Source: an uncultured virus (IMG/VR IMGVR_UViG_2788500220_000008)
Lineage: Duplodnaviria; Heunggongvirae; Uroviricota; Caudoviricetes
Length of the DNA stretch: 20,000 nt
Strand: one strand, 5' to 3'
IMG/VR virus record: IMGVR_UViG_2788500220_000008
Span: 51,680 to 71,679 of that record
This document shows, piece by piece, positions 9,270 through 17,227 of this stretch. Under the pieces are notes generated by a model. It worked only from the letters and a program-made list of their open reading frames with translations, had not been told where the DNA came from and ran no database searches. Position numbers and translations under genes: made by a program. The first letter of the stretch is position 1. Every line of letters starts with the position of its first letter.

Positions 9270-10189
9270 TTTTTTGCCTCAATATAATGCTGGAGATCTA
9301 CGCCCCACACCTTGTCTTGATAAAACAATATTCGACGGATAAGGTTTTCCGAGTTTTCTCTGTTTCCCGTAAATACGAATTGGCAGCGATCTGCAAATTC
9401 ATGCATTAGGTCTATCATATTATGCCAGAGATATTCGAGATTACTTTTGTGCTGCCATCGTTGGTTATTGTGCTTATATATATTCTGTATACTGCTTTCT
9501 GTAACAACGAATAAGTATCCATTTATATCTACTGCTCTGTTGATTTCCTTTTTGAATCTATCTAAATTCTTTTTGACGGTCAAAGTACTCTTGAAATCGC
9601 TCTCGCTTTTCCTGTCGACGAAAGTTAGGGTGTCTTCGTCTGGCAGAGCATAGTCACCTATGTCTAGCTTCTTGACATGAGAAGCAGGGAAAGTTAGGGG
9701 GAGCTTCTCCCTAGTATCTATTACAATATCCAGATCCTCGGGAAGGTCAATTTCGAAAAAATCATCTGGAAGACGTTCAGAAAAAAGCGGGGAGACATTA
9801 GTCAAATCGCAAACTGCGCTATAGCTCCCATAGTGCTTTTGGTATTCTTCAATCTCAGGAAGCATGCGAAGCTTGAGCTCCAAATGGCTTGGTCCACGAG
9901 ACCAACCCTTCTCCTCGACTCTCCTCCGTAATAGCTTTAATATATAAGACTTTACCGTCTCGTCCGGGTTTACTTTGCACCACTTCTTTAGTTGAGTGCG
10001 AGTGGTAAAATCCCTTGAGAAGTAGTCTTTTTTATTCTTGTAGGGAAGAAGGTCGCCAGTCAACAAGTTGTACCTTGGGTGAAATGTAGTATAATATTCT
10101 GCCAGCGTCACGGAGTGAATCTTGACATGCTTCGTCAGTGCGACGTCGGAGTCGCATTGCTCCTTGCATATTTTGCATTGAAAATCCAT
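9260..10189 (-). CDS. C2H2 zinc finger plus ERCC4/XPF-Mus81-like nuclease (309 aa)
   Basis: N-terminal CKIC-x12-HVKIH; IVIDTRE, LDIGDY and VDRKSESDF match the ERCC4 DxRE / GD-xn-(E/D)RKxxxD motifs. Confidence 0.75.
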   Translation of the reverse strand: MDFQCKICKEQCDSDVALTKHVKIHSVTLAEYYTTFHPRYNLLTGDLLPYKNKKDYFSRDFTTRTQLKKWCKVNPDETVKSYILKLLRRRVEEKGWSRGPSHLELKLRMLPEIEEYQKHYGSYSAVCDLTNVSPLFSERLPDDFFEIDLPEDLDIVIDTREKLPLTFPASHVKKLDIGDYALPDEDTLTFVDRKSESDFKSTLTVKKNLDRFKKEINRAVDINGYLFVVTESSIQNIYKHNNQRWQHKSNLEYLWHNMIDLMHEFADRCQFVFTGNRENSENLIRRILFYQDKVWGVDLQHYIEAKKWK

Positions 10190-11235
10190 CAGACTGCATC
10201 GTTTTTAGTAATCCCCAAGACTCGGGCTTTCCACTCTGGCATGTTCTCTAGTTCCTCAACCTCTTCTTCGACAGCCTTACGCTGAAGCTCGGCGATTTTA
10301 ATCATAATCTTCNGTTCCTCCTCAGACTGGAACAGCTGGACTAAATTCAATAAACTAGCATTTTGTTTCTGCTTGGCGAGAATTCTCTTGGATCGATCAC
10401 CCTGAAGCTTCTGGATGAGAGATTCCATTCTTTTCTCGCATTGATTATACTCTTCACTCTTTGTTTTTAATAGTTCAGCCAAGCGGACGGTCATCTCTTG
10501 CTGAGTTTCCGCATCGTCAAACATTGTATTCAACTTGTCCATAGCCTTTGAGATATGCTTCAAGTTTATGTATTCCATACATACGTTAATGTATAGATTT
10601 ATTTCGTCTGACGTCAAGTCTGGCTTATCCCATGTAGCCCTGATAAACTCAGACTCGAACAGCTCTCGGTCCAAATCGCTAGAGTAGCCATTTACAACTT
10701 GCACAAAGCGGGGAGACTGGAGGAAGTTCATCAACTGCTCCACGCACATTCTTTGCTGGATATTAATCTCTTCCTGCTCAAGAGAAACCCCTGCGCAGAT
10801 ATTTATCTTTGCAAGGACCCCCTGAAAAGCCTTTACCGGGATATACTTCTTTGATTTCTCCTTATCATCCAGTCTATCTTTATTAGCTTCTTTTACATAA
10901 GCAGCAACAACTAATGAGGCTTTACTCAGTGGAGTGATTTCCTGATCAGGATAAAGCATTGTAGCTATTTGATAAGAATTCAAACCCTCCTCGGAGTATG
11001 TATTTATAATAGCTTTATCATCTTTTGTTAATTCTATATCCTCTACAGGCTCAATTTTACTTGTTTTATATTCAAGGTCTTGAGAAAGCATGTATTCTCT
11101 AACTGCGCGACCTTCCTTTGTTCGCCCATCAAGAAAGGGGTCATCAAAAACCTTCTGAGTCATTTCGCTTAATTCAGGATACTTGTCAATATTATCCTTA
11201 ATAAACTTCTTTTGATCTTCGGTTAAGTCGCTCAT
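10189..11235 (-). CDS. Hypothetical phage protein (348 aa) with HTH-like segment and coiled-coil C-terminus; possible small terminase
   Basis: Long ORF overlapping both neighbours by 1-4 nt; GLNSYQIATML is HTH-like; located upstream of terL. Confidence 0.5.
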   Translation of the reverse strand: MSDLTEDQKKFIKDNIDKYPELSEMTQKVFDDPFLDGRTKEGRAVREYMLSQDLEYKTSKIEPVEDIELTKDDKAIINTYSEEGLNSYQIATMLYPDQEITPLSKASLVVAAYVKEANKDRLDDKEKSKKYIPVKAFQGVLAKINICAGVSLEQEEINIQQRMCVEQLMNFLQSPRFVQVVNGYSSDLDRELFESEFIRATWDKPDLTSDEINLYINVCMEYINLKHISKAMDKLNTMFDDAETQQEMTVRLAELLKTKSEEYNQCEKRMESLIQKLQGDRSKRILAKQKQNASLLNLVQLFQSEEEXKIMIKIAELQRKAVEEEVEELENMPEWKARVLGITKNDAV

Positions 11236-11993
11236 ATGATAATATCCTGCGTTTCCAATATTCTGGCGGCTTTTTTAGTAAATAGTTTTTTTAAGTTTTT
11301 TATTTGTTTGTATCCTGCCTTTCTTCCCTTTTCCGTCGTCTTGAATCCTAGGATCTTTGCGACATCTTCTTCGCTCTTATGCTGAACGAATAATAAATCA
11401 TAAACCAAAAACTGCCTATCCGTCAAAGCTTCTTTCATTGCTCGGTTTAATCTNTCTCTTGCAATTTCTACATCATAAAAGCTTTCTTCAATCCTATGTA
11501 CTTCATAGGTGTGATGCTCCAATGCCACAGGCATTTTAATATCATAAGCATATTTTTTTGTCTTTTCCCATTTTGCGAATAAAGGGCATTCTGAATCTTG
11601 CAATCCACTTGAAGTAAATCCACACAAACTATCGACTGCGCCGGAATTCTCCTTTGTGGGAGCGGCTTGGTTGAATGGGCAACTCAAACAGGGGCGAACA
11701 AAGTTGCTATAATAGTTTCTCAGTATATTTTTTAACTGATTAGTAATGATTTTATTGATCCACGGAAGTAGCGGCCTTGATTGATCCCATTGATCCCACT
11801 TATTGAATATGTGCGAACGTATAATTTGCGACACATCGTCATAATCAATCCAAGCAAGTGAGGTTAGCGACCACTTTCCTCTTCGCTTTTTAATCTCCCG
11901 ATCTATAATCGGGAACAACTCCTCGTAAGGAGCGNCTTCTCCTTTTTCTTGTTTAGCCAATGTCGGTGCTCTCTCTTGCAGGCTTACATTCAT
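11232..11993 (-). CDS. Phage-encoded sigma70-family (ECF-like) sigma factor
   Basis: Region 2-like DYDDVSQ...WINKIITNQLKNILR and region 4-like LTDRQFLVYDLLFVQHKSEEDVAKILG; true start may be TTG at 11960. Confidence 0.75.
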   Translation of the reverse strand: MNVSLQERAPTLAKQEKGEXAPYEELFPIIDREIKKRRGKWSLTSLAWIDYDDVSQIIRSHIFNKWDQWDQSRPLLPWINKIITNQLKNILRNYYSNFVRPCLSCPFNQAAPTKENSGAVDSLCGFTSSGLQDSECPLFAKWEKTKKYAYDIKMPVALEHHTYEVHRIEESFYDVEIARXRLNRAMKEALTDRQFLVYDLLFVQHKSEEDVAKILGFKTTEKGRKAGYKQIKNLKKLFTKKAARILETQDIII

Positions 11994-12285
11994 CTAAAGC
12001 TCGCTGCATAGGATCACCGTCGTACTGCTTTCTTGGAATTGAAGGCAAGCCGCTTTTCCGCTCTTTCATAATGTCATTCATAGATTTGGGCCCAGATGCA
12101 TAAGAGACCTCGTAATCTATCTTCATTTTTTTNGGAATTCTTGCTACAGACTCTTCGGATGCCCCAATATCCTTGGGATCCTCTCTTCCTCCGTCTAGCG
12201 ACTCCCCGCAAGACGAGCAAAATTTTGGCGGACTATTTAATGAGTAAACGATTGATGACCCACAATTTGTGCAGAACTTATTCAT
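11953..12285 (-). CDS. Zinc-ribbon protein (110 aa)
   Basis: FCTNCG...FCSSCG double CxxC at the N-terminus. Confidence 0.7.
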   Translation of the reverse strand: MNKFCTNCGSSIVYSLNSPPKFCSSCGESLDGGREDPKDIGASEESVARIXKKMKIDYEVSYASGPKSMNDIMKERKSGLPSIPRKQYDGDPMQRALDECKPARESTDIG

Positions 12286-12324
12286 TAATTTATTTTAAAA
12301 GATTTTAATTAAAATTCAATTAAA

Positions 12325-12918
12325 TTATACTAGGTATCCGCTTATGATCCGCGCTTGCCTTCTCATAAATCTTTCCACATCTCCATCTTCACAATCAGTG
12401 CAACCTTCAAAATCGGAGCCTACATAATCTACTCCTAGTATTCCTATAACCTTTCCATTAAGCGTTTTTATTGGAACGTTATAAAGGTATTTTACGCCCT
12501 TCTCCCTAAGTAATGACTTAAATGACTCGTCTGTTACATCTTCTGTTGCATGATCAAATTTTCCAGAAGAGATTAAATCGTGCAAATATTGACTGAATCT
12601 AGATACTCTGTAGTCCTGCGAATTGTCTCCCTCCGCGCTAATGCCCGGCTCAACAAATTCATAAGTTGTACTAAACTTTTGCTGACCTCTCCCTGAAAAG
12701 TAATGTCCACCATTGTGAAACTCAAATACNTAGGCTCGGTCTGAACCCATTATTGCTTGAATAAATTTCAAAGCCGTATAGACATTCGCCCCTAATTTAG
12801 CTTGATTTTCTATACAGTTTTTAGCTTTATAGCTTACTTTGTTCTTCAACCANATCCCGACAAGGGTAGTGACCGCAGACAATAAAGCAGCAATGATTGT
12901 GGCAGTAGCAGTATCCAT
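12325..12918 (-). CDS. Single N-terminal TM plus GAF-domain protein (~197 aa)
   Basis: Start MDTATATIIAALLSAVTTLVG (hydrophobic); GAF-like DRAxVFEF, GVKYLYNVPI and GKVIGILGVDY. Confidence 0.7.
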   Translation of the reverse strand: MDTATATIIAALLSAVTTLVGXWLKNKVSYKAKNCIENQAKLGANVYTALKFIQAIMGSDRAXVFEFHNGGHYFSGRGQQKFSTTYEFVEPGISAEGDNSQDYRVSRFSQYLHDLISSGKFDHATEDVTDESFKSLLREKGVKYLYNVPIKTLNGKVIGILGVDYVGSDFEGCTDCEDGDVERFMRRQARIISGYLV

Positions 12919-12920
12919 AT

Positions 12921-13250
12921 TCACTTCTTTTTGTTTTCTTTTTTTACTTTTAGTACTTCGTACGCCATGCTGCCAGCGCATAGAAACGCTACGGCAATCA
13001 TAATATATACGAAGGTCTCCGTTGGTTCTTCATAAGCTAGAGCGGAGACTTTTTTCTTTTCATTGTAGGTTTTTAACTCTTCTCTCGTGATGTTTCCATC
13101 ATTGTTCTCGTCCAGCTCTGCAAAAACAACTGGCGGCTCAGCTGGCGAAGGATTTACGACAGGAGAACTTATGTGCCTTGACATAGATATGCAGCCTCCA
13201 GTAGCAGTAAGAATAGCTGCTGCAAGGAAGGGGTTTATTGCTTTAATCAT
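12921..13250 (-). CDS. Putative lipoprotein with EF-hand loop and C-terminal TM (109 aa)
   Basis: MIKAINPFLAAAILTATGGC signal with imperfect lipobox; DENNDGNITREE EF-hand loop; FVYIMIAVAFLCAGSMAY TM followed by a Lys-rich tail. Confidence 0.6.
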   Translation of the reverse strand: MIKAINPFLAAAILTATGGCISMSRHISSPVVNPSPAEPPVVFAELDENNDGNITREELKTYNEKKKVSALAYEEPTETFVYIMIAVAFLCAGSMAYEVLKVKKENKKK

Positions 13251-13255
13251 AAATT

Positions 13256-13690
13256 TTATCTTTTCTTGCTGGGTATAGCATAAAAACCGACAACCATAAA
13301 ACATAAATCCATAAAAGATGTAAGTAACAAGCCGCCGGTTAACTTTACTACAACCCAATCGGTTCCCCCGAAGAGCCAGCCAAAGAATCCCCACTTGGCG
13401 TTCTCTCCCTTTGGAACTACCACATCGTATGAAATGTTGGGGTTCATCGCGTAATAAAGCATTAGATAACAAAGCGTTAGGGTGATGGATAAGAATAGTA
13501 TCCTCCGAGTGACTTTTACAAAAGCATCCCCCGCTTGAGCCTTTTGGTTGTCTATAATCGCTAGGGTAAGCTCTCTGTCTCTTGCGGCGAGCATGAGTTG
13601 ATCCTGACGCTTCTGCTCTAGCCAGTGATTAATTAAATTACAAAGAATCTTGATTCCCGCACCCATTATAGTATATAATATAGGACCCAT
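13256..13690 (-). CDS. Holin-like membrane protein (144 aa)
   Basis: Start MGPILYT; amphipathic N-terminus, hydrophobic segments ILFLSITLTLCYLMLYYAM and GGLLLTSFMDLCFMVVGFYAI, basic C-terminus. Confidence 0.5.
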   Translation of the reverse strand: MGPILYTIMGAGIKILCNLINHWLEQKRQDQLMLAARDRELTLAIIDNQKAQAGDAFVKVTRRILFLSITLTLCYLMLYYAMNPNISYDVVVPKGENAKWGFFGWLFGGTDWVVVKLTGGLLLTSFMDLCFMVVGFYAIPSKKR

Positions 13691-13695
13691 ACATT

Positions 13696-13728
13696 CTATT
13701 ACACGAAATAATCTAACAGTGTACAATA
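13696..13728. promoter_or_regulatory. Back-to-back pair of candidate late promoters
   Basis: GTGTAATAG on minus (13704-13696, 5 nt before ATG 13690) and GTGTACAATA on plus (13719-13728, 4 nt before ATG 13733). Confidence 0.6.
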
Positions 13729-13732
13729 TTAC

Positions 13733-14371
13733 ATGTCTCCAACTATTACAGGATCCCTATTGCTTATTGGTAATGGTCCCTCCGCAATTAAAAGCAAGCT
13801 GGGTGATAAGATAGACTCATTTAATGACGTGATCAGGTTTAACCTATATCAAGTAGAAGGTTATGAAGATTACCTCGGAAGTAAGACTACCTTTTGGGCT
13901 ACCACTGGCCGAGACCAATATCCCAGAAAGACAGATCCTCCGAAAAATATTTTACTCACCCATGGAGGAGCGCCCGTAAAAAGGGGGCCGGGTGATCACA
14001 TTATCTATAGGGTTCCGTACCCCTTTCACCAAGAAAAAAGAAAGTTAGTACAAGAAATAGCCAAAATGCACGGGCGCGATCCCACTCCCTTTCTCCCCTC
14101 CAGTGGCTTATTGGCGATAACATGGCTGTTAGACGTAGCCGAAGTCAAAAAACTAACCTTACACGGCTTTGACTTCTTTTCTAAAAAAGAGAGCGGGCAG
14201 CATCACTATTGGGTCAAGGGTTCGTACAGACCCCCAACAGAGCACTATGGAGCTGCGGAAGCTCTAATACTTAAAACGTACGGGAATAAAATAAATCTTT
14301 TAGAAGATAAAGCCGAACTTGAGTTCTCCGCTAAGGATCACAGCTGGATCAAACGAAACCGCAATGCTTAA
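13733..14371 (+). CDS. GT29 (sialyltransferase-like) glycosyltransferase (212 aa)
   Basis: Sialylmotif L (IGNGPS..LGDKIDSFNDVIRFN..GYEDYLGSKTT), S (PSSGLLAI..LTLHGFDF), III (HHY) and VS (HYGAAE). Confidence 0.8.
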   Translation: MSPTITGSLLLIGNGPSAIKSKLGDKIDSFNDVIRFNLYQVEGYEDYLGSKTTFWATTGRDQYPRKTDPPKNILLTHGGAPVKRGPGDHIIYRVPYPFHQEKRKLVQEIAKMHGRDPTPFLPSSGLLAITWLLDVAEVKKLTLHGFDFFSKKESGQHHYWVKGSYRPPTEHYGAAEALILKTYGNKINLLEDKAELEFSAKDHSWIKRNRNA

Positions 14372-14963
14372 AGTTATCACGGTATTGCGGTCGGGAGGCG
14401 AGTTCAAGAGGGAACACGTCGAAAAAATAAAAGCTATGGCCGAGAGGCATCTCACCCATGAGTTCTTATTTATATGCTTAACAGACTCCGCCTTAAAGGA
14501 ATACGATATCCCCCTTGTTCACAACTGGCCTCGCTGGTGGGCGAAAATGGAGATGTTTAATATTCAAGGTCCTGCGATATTTTTTGACCTAGATACTATA
14601 ATCACGAGCAATATAGACGATATAATAGAAAGCTTAAAGGATGAAGAATTTGCCACGCTTAGGGACGCCTACCGGAGAGGCTCTAATATAGGGTCTGGCA
14701 TAATGAGTTGGAGCAAGGATATTTCGTATCTATACCACGCCTTCGAGAAAGACGCTGGAGAATTTATGCGTAAACTTCGAGGAGACCAAGACTTTATACA
14801 AAAGGCAGTAAAACAAAATACATTCATACAAGATTATTCTAGCGGAGTTGTATCCTTTAAAGCAGACATTGGTCAGGGGAAACAATATAATAAAGAAAAA
14901 CATAAAATAGTATTCTTCCACGGCCGCCCTCGCCCTTGGCATCAAGATATTATCGAGTACTAG
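14364..14963 (+). CDS. GT-A fold glycosyltransferase, GT8-like (199 aa)
   Basis: Start MLKVITV overlapping the upstream stop; WWAKMEMF, DxD motif FFDLDT, GDQDFI, FHGRPRPW. Confidence 0.8.
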   Translation: MLKVITVLRSGGEFKREHVEKIKAMAERHLTHEFLFICLTDSALKEYDIPLVHNWPRWWAKMEMFNIQGPAIFFDLDTIITSNIDDIIESLKDEEFATLRDAYRRGSNIGSGIMSWSKDISYLYHAFEKDAGEFMRKLRGDQDFIQKAVKQNTFIQDYSSGVVSFKADIGQGKQYNKEKHKIVFFHGRPRPWHQDIIEY

Positions 14964-14964
14964 G

Positions 14965-15642
14965 ATGCAAAAAATATACATTCACCTCGGCTGTCATAAA
15001 ACGGGGACTACCTCTCTCCAGCGCTTTTTTGTAAAAAATACCTATAGACTTCGTCATTTTGGCTTTGATTATTTACCGACGCCCATAGGCGAGAAGAGAA
15101 AGCCTCACCAAAGTGCTCACGGGAGACATTTAGAGCTGGGAGAGTGCGCGGTTAGGGAGGCAGTCACAAAAATTTCAAACCCCAATAAGGCGGGAACGAG
15201 AGGTTTGAGTAGAAAAGATTTAATAAAACAAACAAAAGATTACATCGCCGAATTTTTAGAAACAAGCCCTTACGATAACTTCATTTTCTCCGATGAGGGT
15301 CTGGACTACATGAGGACACAAAAAGAAATAAACGATTTAGTTGATTTATTTCCGAGTGATTTCGAATTGATCCCCATCCTTACCCTCAGGAAAAAAGAAG
15401 AGTGGATAGAATCCTGTATAGCCTACTGGGAAGAAANGAAAATGCCACAACACCCTGCTACGTCTTGGGTGTTCGAGGTAGAGAATCTAACCGAATTATT
15501 GAAGGAAAACTTTCCCGAAACAATATTTCTACAATATTCTATAGATATGATTCGCGTCGTTCTTGACGCTTTAGGGCTGCAATCTATTGAAGTGGAGGAT
15601 GAACTTTATTTAAATAAACGAAAGCTTAGCTCTCTAATTTAG
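14965..15642 (+). CDS. Sulfotransferase-like P-loop protein (225 aa)
   Basis: IYIHLGCHKTGTTSLQ (5'-PSB-like loop), FIFSDEGL, and LTLR...WIES (3'-PB-like). Confidence 0.65.
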   Translation: MQKIYIHLGCHKTGTTSLQRFFVKNTYRLRHFGFDYLPTPIGEKRKPHQSAHGRHLELGECAVREAVTKISNPNKAGTRGLSRKDLIKQTKDYIAEFLETSPYDNFIFSDEGLDYMRTQKEINDLVDLFPSDFELIPILTLRKKEEWIESCIAYWEEXKMPQHPATSWVFEVENLTELLKENFPETIFLQYSIDMIRVVLDALGLQSIEVEDELYLNKRKLSSLI

Positions 15643-16333
15643 ATATAATAAACTTCAATATCTCACTCCTTAAAATATCCTCCTTCCCAAACTTAAAGGC
15701 GTGAATGCCTTGCTTTCTGCTCTCCTCGTCATTAAATAAGTCGAACATTGCGGGGAACCCACTCTTTCCATTTATGTCGCTCTGCATAAAGTCTCCGCAG
15801 ATGATCAATTTACAATTCCTCCCTATCCTTGTGAGTAATGTGGTCAATTCTTTATAGGTAAAGTTCTGGGCTTCGTCTGCGATAACCACCTTATCCTTCC
15901 AGTTTGCGCCCCTTAAGTAATTTATAGGTACTGCGGATATTCTACCACTTTCCAATAGCTCCTTTCTAATAGTATTTGTTTTTGGGAGCATTTCCATTAG
16001 CTTGTCTTCGAGGGGAGCTGTATACGGATTGAATTTCTCGTCAATATCTCCGGGCAGTGCTCCCAATCCCTTGTCCGCACTCTCAATTACAGTCCTTATG
16101 TATAGCAAATCCAAATCTTCTTCAGCACTCAATAAACGAAGCGCCGCGTAGACTGCCATATAGGTCTTAGTAGAGCCGGCAGGGCCCGCCACAAGCATTA
16201 TATTCGTCTTTTTATTAAAAGCTATAGAGAGGAACTGTTTCTGCCTCTCGGTGAGCTTCAGGGAGTTTACGTGTATACTTTGTGGTAGCTGCGGTATATG
16301 GATCTCACACTTTTTGCTTATCTTTTTCGCCAT
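15626..16333 (-). CDS. phoH: PhoH-family ATPase (235 aa)
   Basis: GPAGSTKT Walker A, LGALPG, YLRG, IADEAQN, TRIG, GDFMQSD; start MAKKISK at 16333. Confidence 0.93.
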   Translation of the reverse strand: MAKKISKKCEIHIPQLPQSIHVNSLKLTERQKQFLSIAFNKKTNIMLVAGPAGSTKTYMAVYAALRLLSAEEDLDLLYIRTVIESADKGLGALPGDIDEKFNPYTAPLEDKLMEMLPKTNTIRKELLESGRISAVPINYLRGANWKDKVVIADEAQNFTYKELTTLLTRIGRNCKLIICGDFMQSDINGKSGFPAMFDLFNDEESRKQGIHAFKFGKEDILRSEILKFIISKLES

Positions 16334-16346
16334 AAGGCTATATCTA

Positions 16347-16355
16347 TATATACAC
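16347..16355 (-). promoter_or_regulatory. Candidate late promoter GTGTATATA upstream of phoH
   Basis: 13 nt upstream of ATG 16333; same motif family as the other sites. Confidence 0.55.
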
Positions 16356-16395
16356 CCAATTAGAAATAACTTCAAAAAAAAATACCATACAATAT

Positions 16396-16599
16396 ATGAC
16401 AAAGGTAAAAATTATGGAGACGCTCTCCGAAATCATGCCCCCTTACGAAGCTACGGTTTGGCTGAAAACGGAAAACGATATGCTCTCCAACCAAACTCCT
16501 GCCAGTCTTATATTAGAAAATAAAGATATTGATAAAATTCATGTCGCCATCGAATTTCAATTCAGCGAGAAAATAGATAAAAAACGCAAGAAGAAATGA
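16396..16599 (+). CDS. Small protein resembling the Xre/MbcA/ParS antitoxin C-terminal (DUF2384-like) domain (67 aa)
   Basis: EATVWLKTENDMLSNQTPASLI fits the A..WL...N..L.G..P..L pattern. Confidence 0.55.
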   Translation: MTKVKIMETLSEIMPPYEATVWLKTENDMLSNQTPASLILENKDIDKIHVAIEFQFSEKIDKKRKKK

Positions 16600-16905
16600 T
16601 TATAGGGCCCTACAGGAAAAAGTAGGGATCAAGAAGTGGCAAGACCATCGGTAAAACTCTGATCGTCGGGAGAAAAATAGGGCTGGGATTTTTTTCGACC
16701 CGTGCGCATTCTATAGTATAGATTATTGTTTTCATATTGAAGAAAACCACCCCCCCCGACTGTCTCAAACCTATTTGCGCTCGGGAATTTCAAAAAACCG
16801 GGGGGATAGGTCAAAATTGTCAAGCATAAAATTGATCTTTTTTTGTGTCTTATCCTTTCAATAGAATTGTGCAAGAAAATAGTTTAAAGTTTTTGCGAAA
16901 AAAAT

Positions 16906-16934
16906 TTGCAATCAGATCATGGCTGTGTTACCTT
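16906..16934 (+). promoter_or_regulatory. Sigma70-type early promoter P1
   Basis: TTGCAA-17 bp-TACCTT with an upstream A-tract. Confidence 0.7.
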
Positions 16935-16965
16935 ATAGCATAACATTAAACAAAGGAAAAAACTT

Positions 16966-17205
16966 ATGACCATGCAGGAAAAAATCGACGCCGACACGGC
17001 AAGGCTTGAATTCAATGCGGAAGTGGCAAGCAAGCTTGCTCGACTCCGGAATCGTGCGCAATCTCTCGAAAGCGTGTGCAAGGATGAAGTTGACGACCAC
17101 GGCGTTTTTGCCAAAGTATTCGCTGATGTAATGGCTGAACGTTTCAACGAGATCGCAAAGGAAGCTGACAAGCTTGTCTGGATCTTGGCAAATGCTAAAG
17201 TTTAA
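16966..17205 (+). CDS. Hypothetical helical protein (79 aa), paralog of 18332-18574
   Basis: AAAGGAAAA RBS; 15/48 gap-free identities to the 18332 ORF. Confidence 0.75.
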   Translation: MTMQEKIDADTARLEFNAEVASKLARLRNRAQSLESVCKDEVDDHGVFAKVFADVMAERFNEIAKEADKLVWILANAKV

Positions 17206-17227
17206 AAAGTAAGAAAGGAAAAAAATT

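Noticed and set aside
747..13278. Many short plus-strand ORFs in the ORF track
   Set aside because: They are antisense shadows of long, motif-bearing minus-strand genes and lack RBS or recognisable motifs
1393..15437. X residues as possible stop-codon recoding or frameshifts
   Set aside because: They correspond to N bases; reading frames remain intact, and TAA, TAG and TGA are all used as normal stops
16818..16823. TTGACA on the minus strand as a promoter
   Set aside because: No plausible -10 box 16-18 bp downstream (the position falls in the C/G run)
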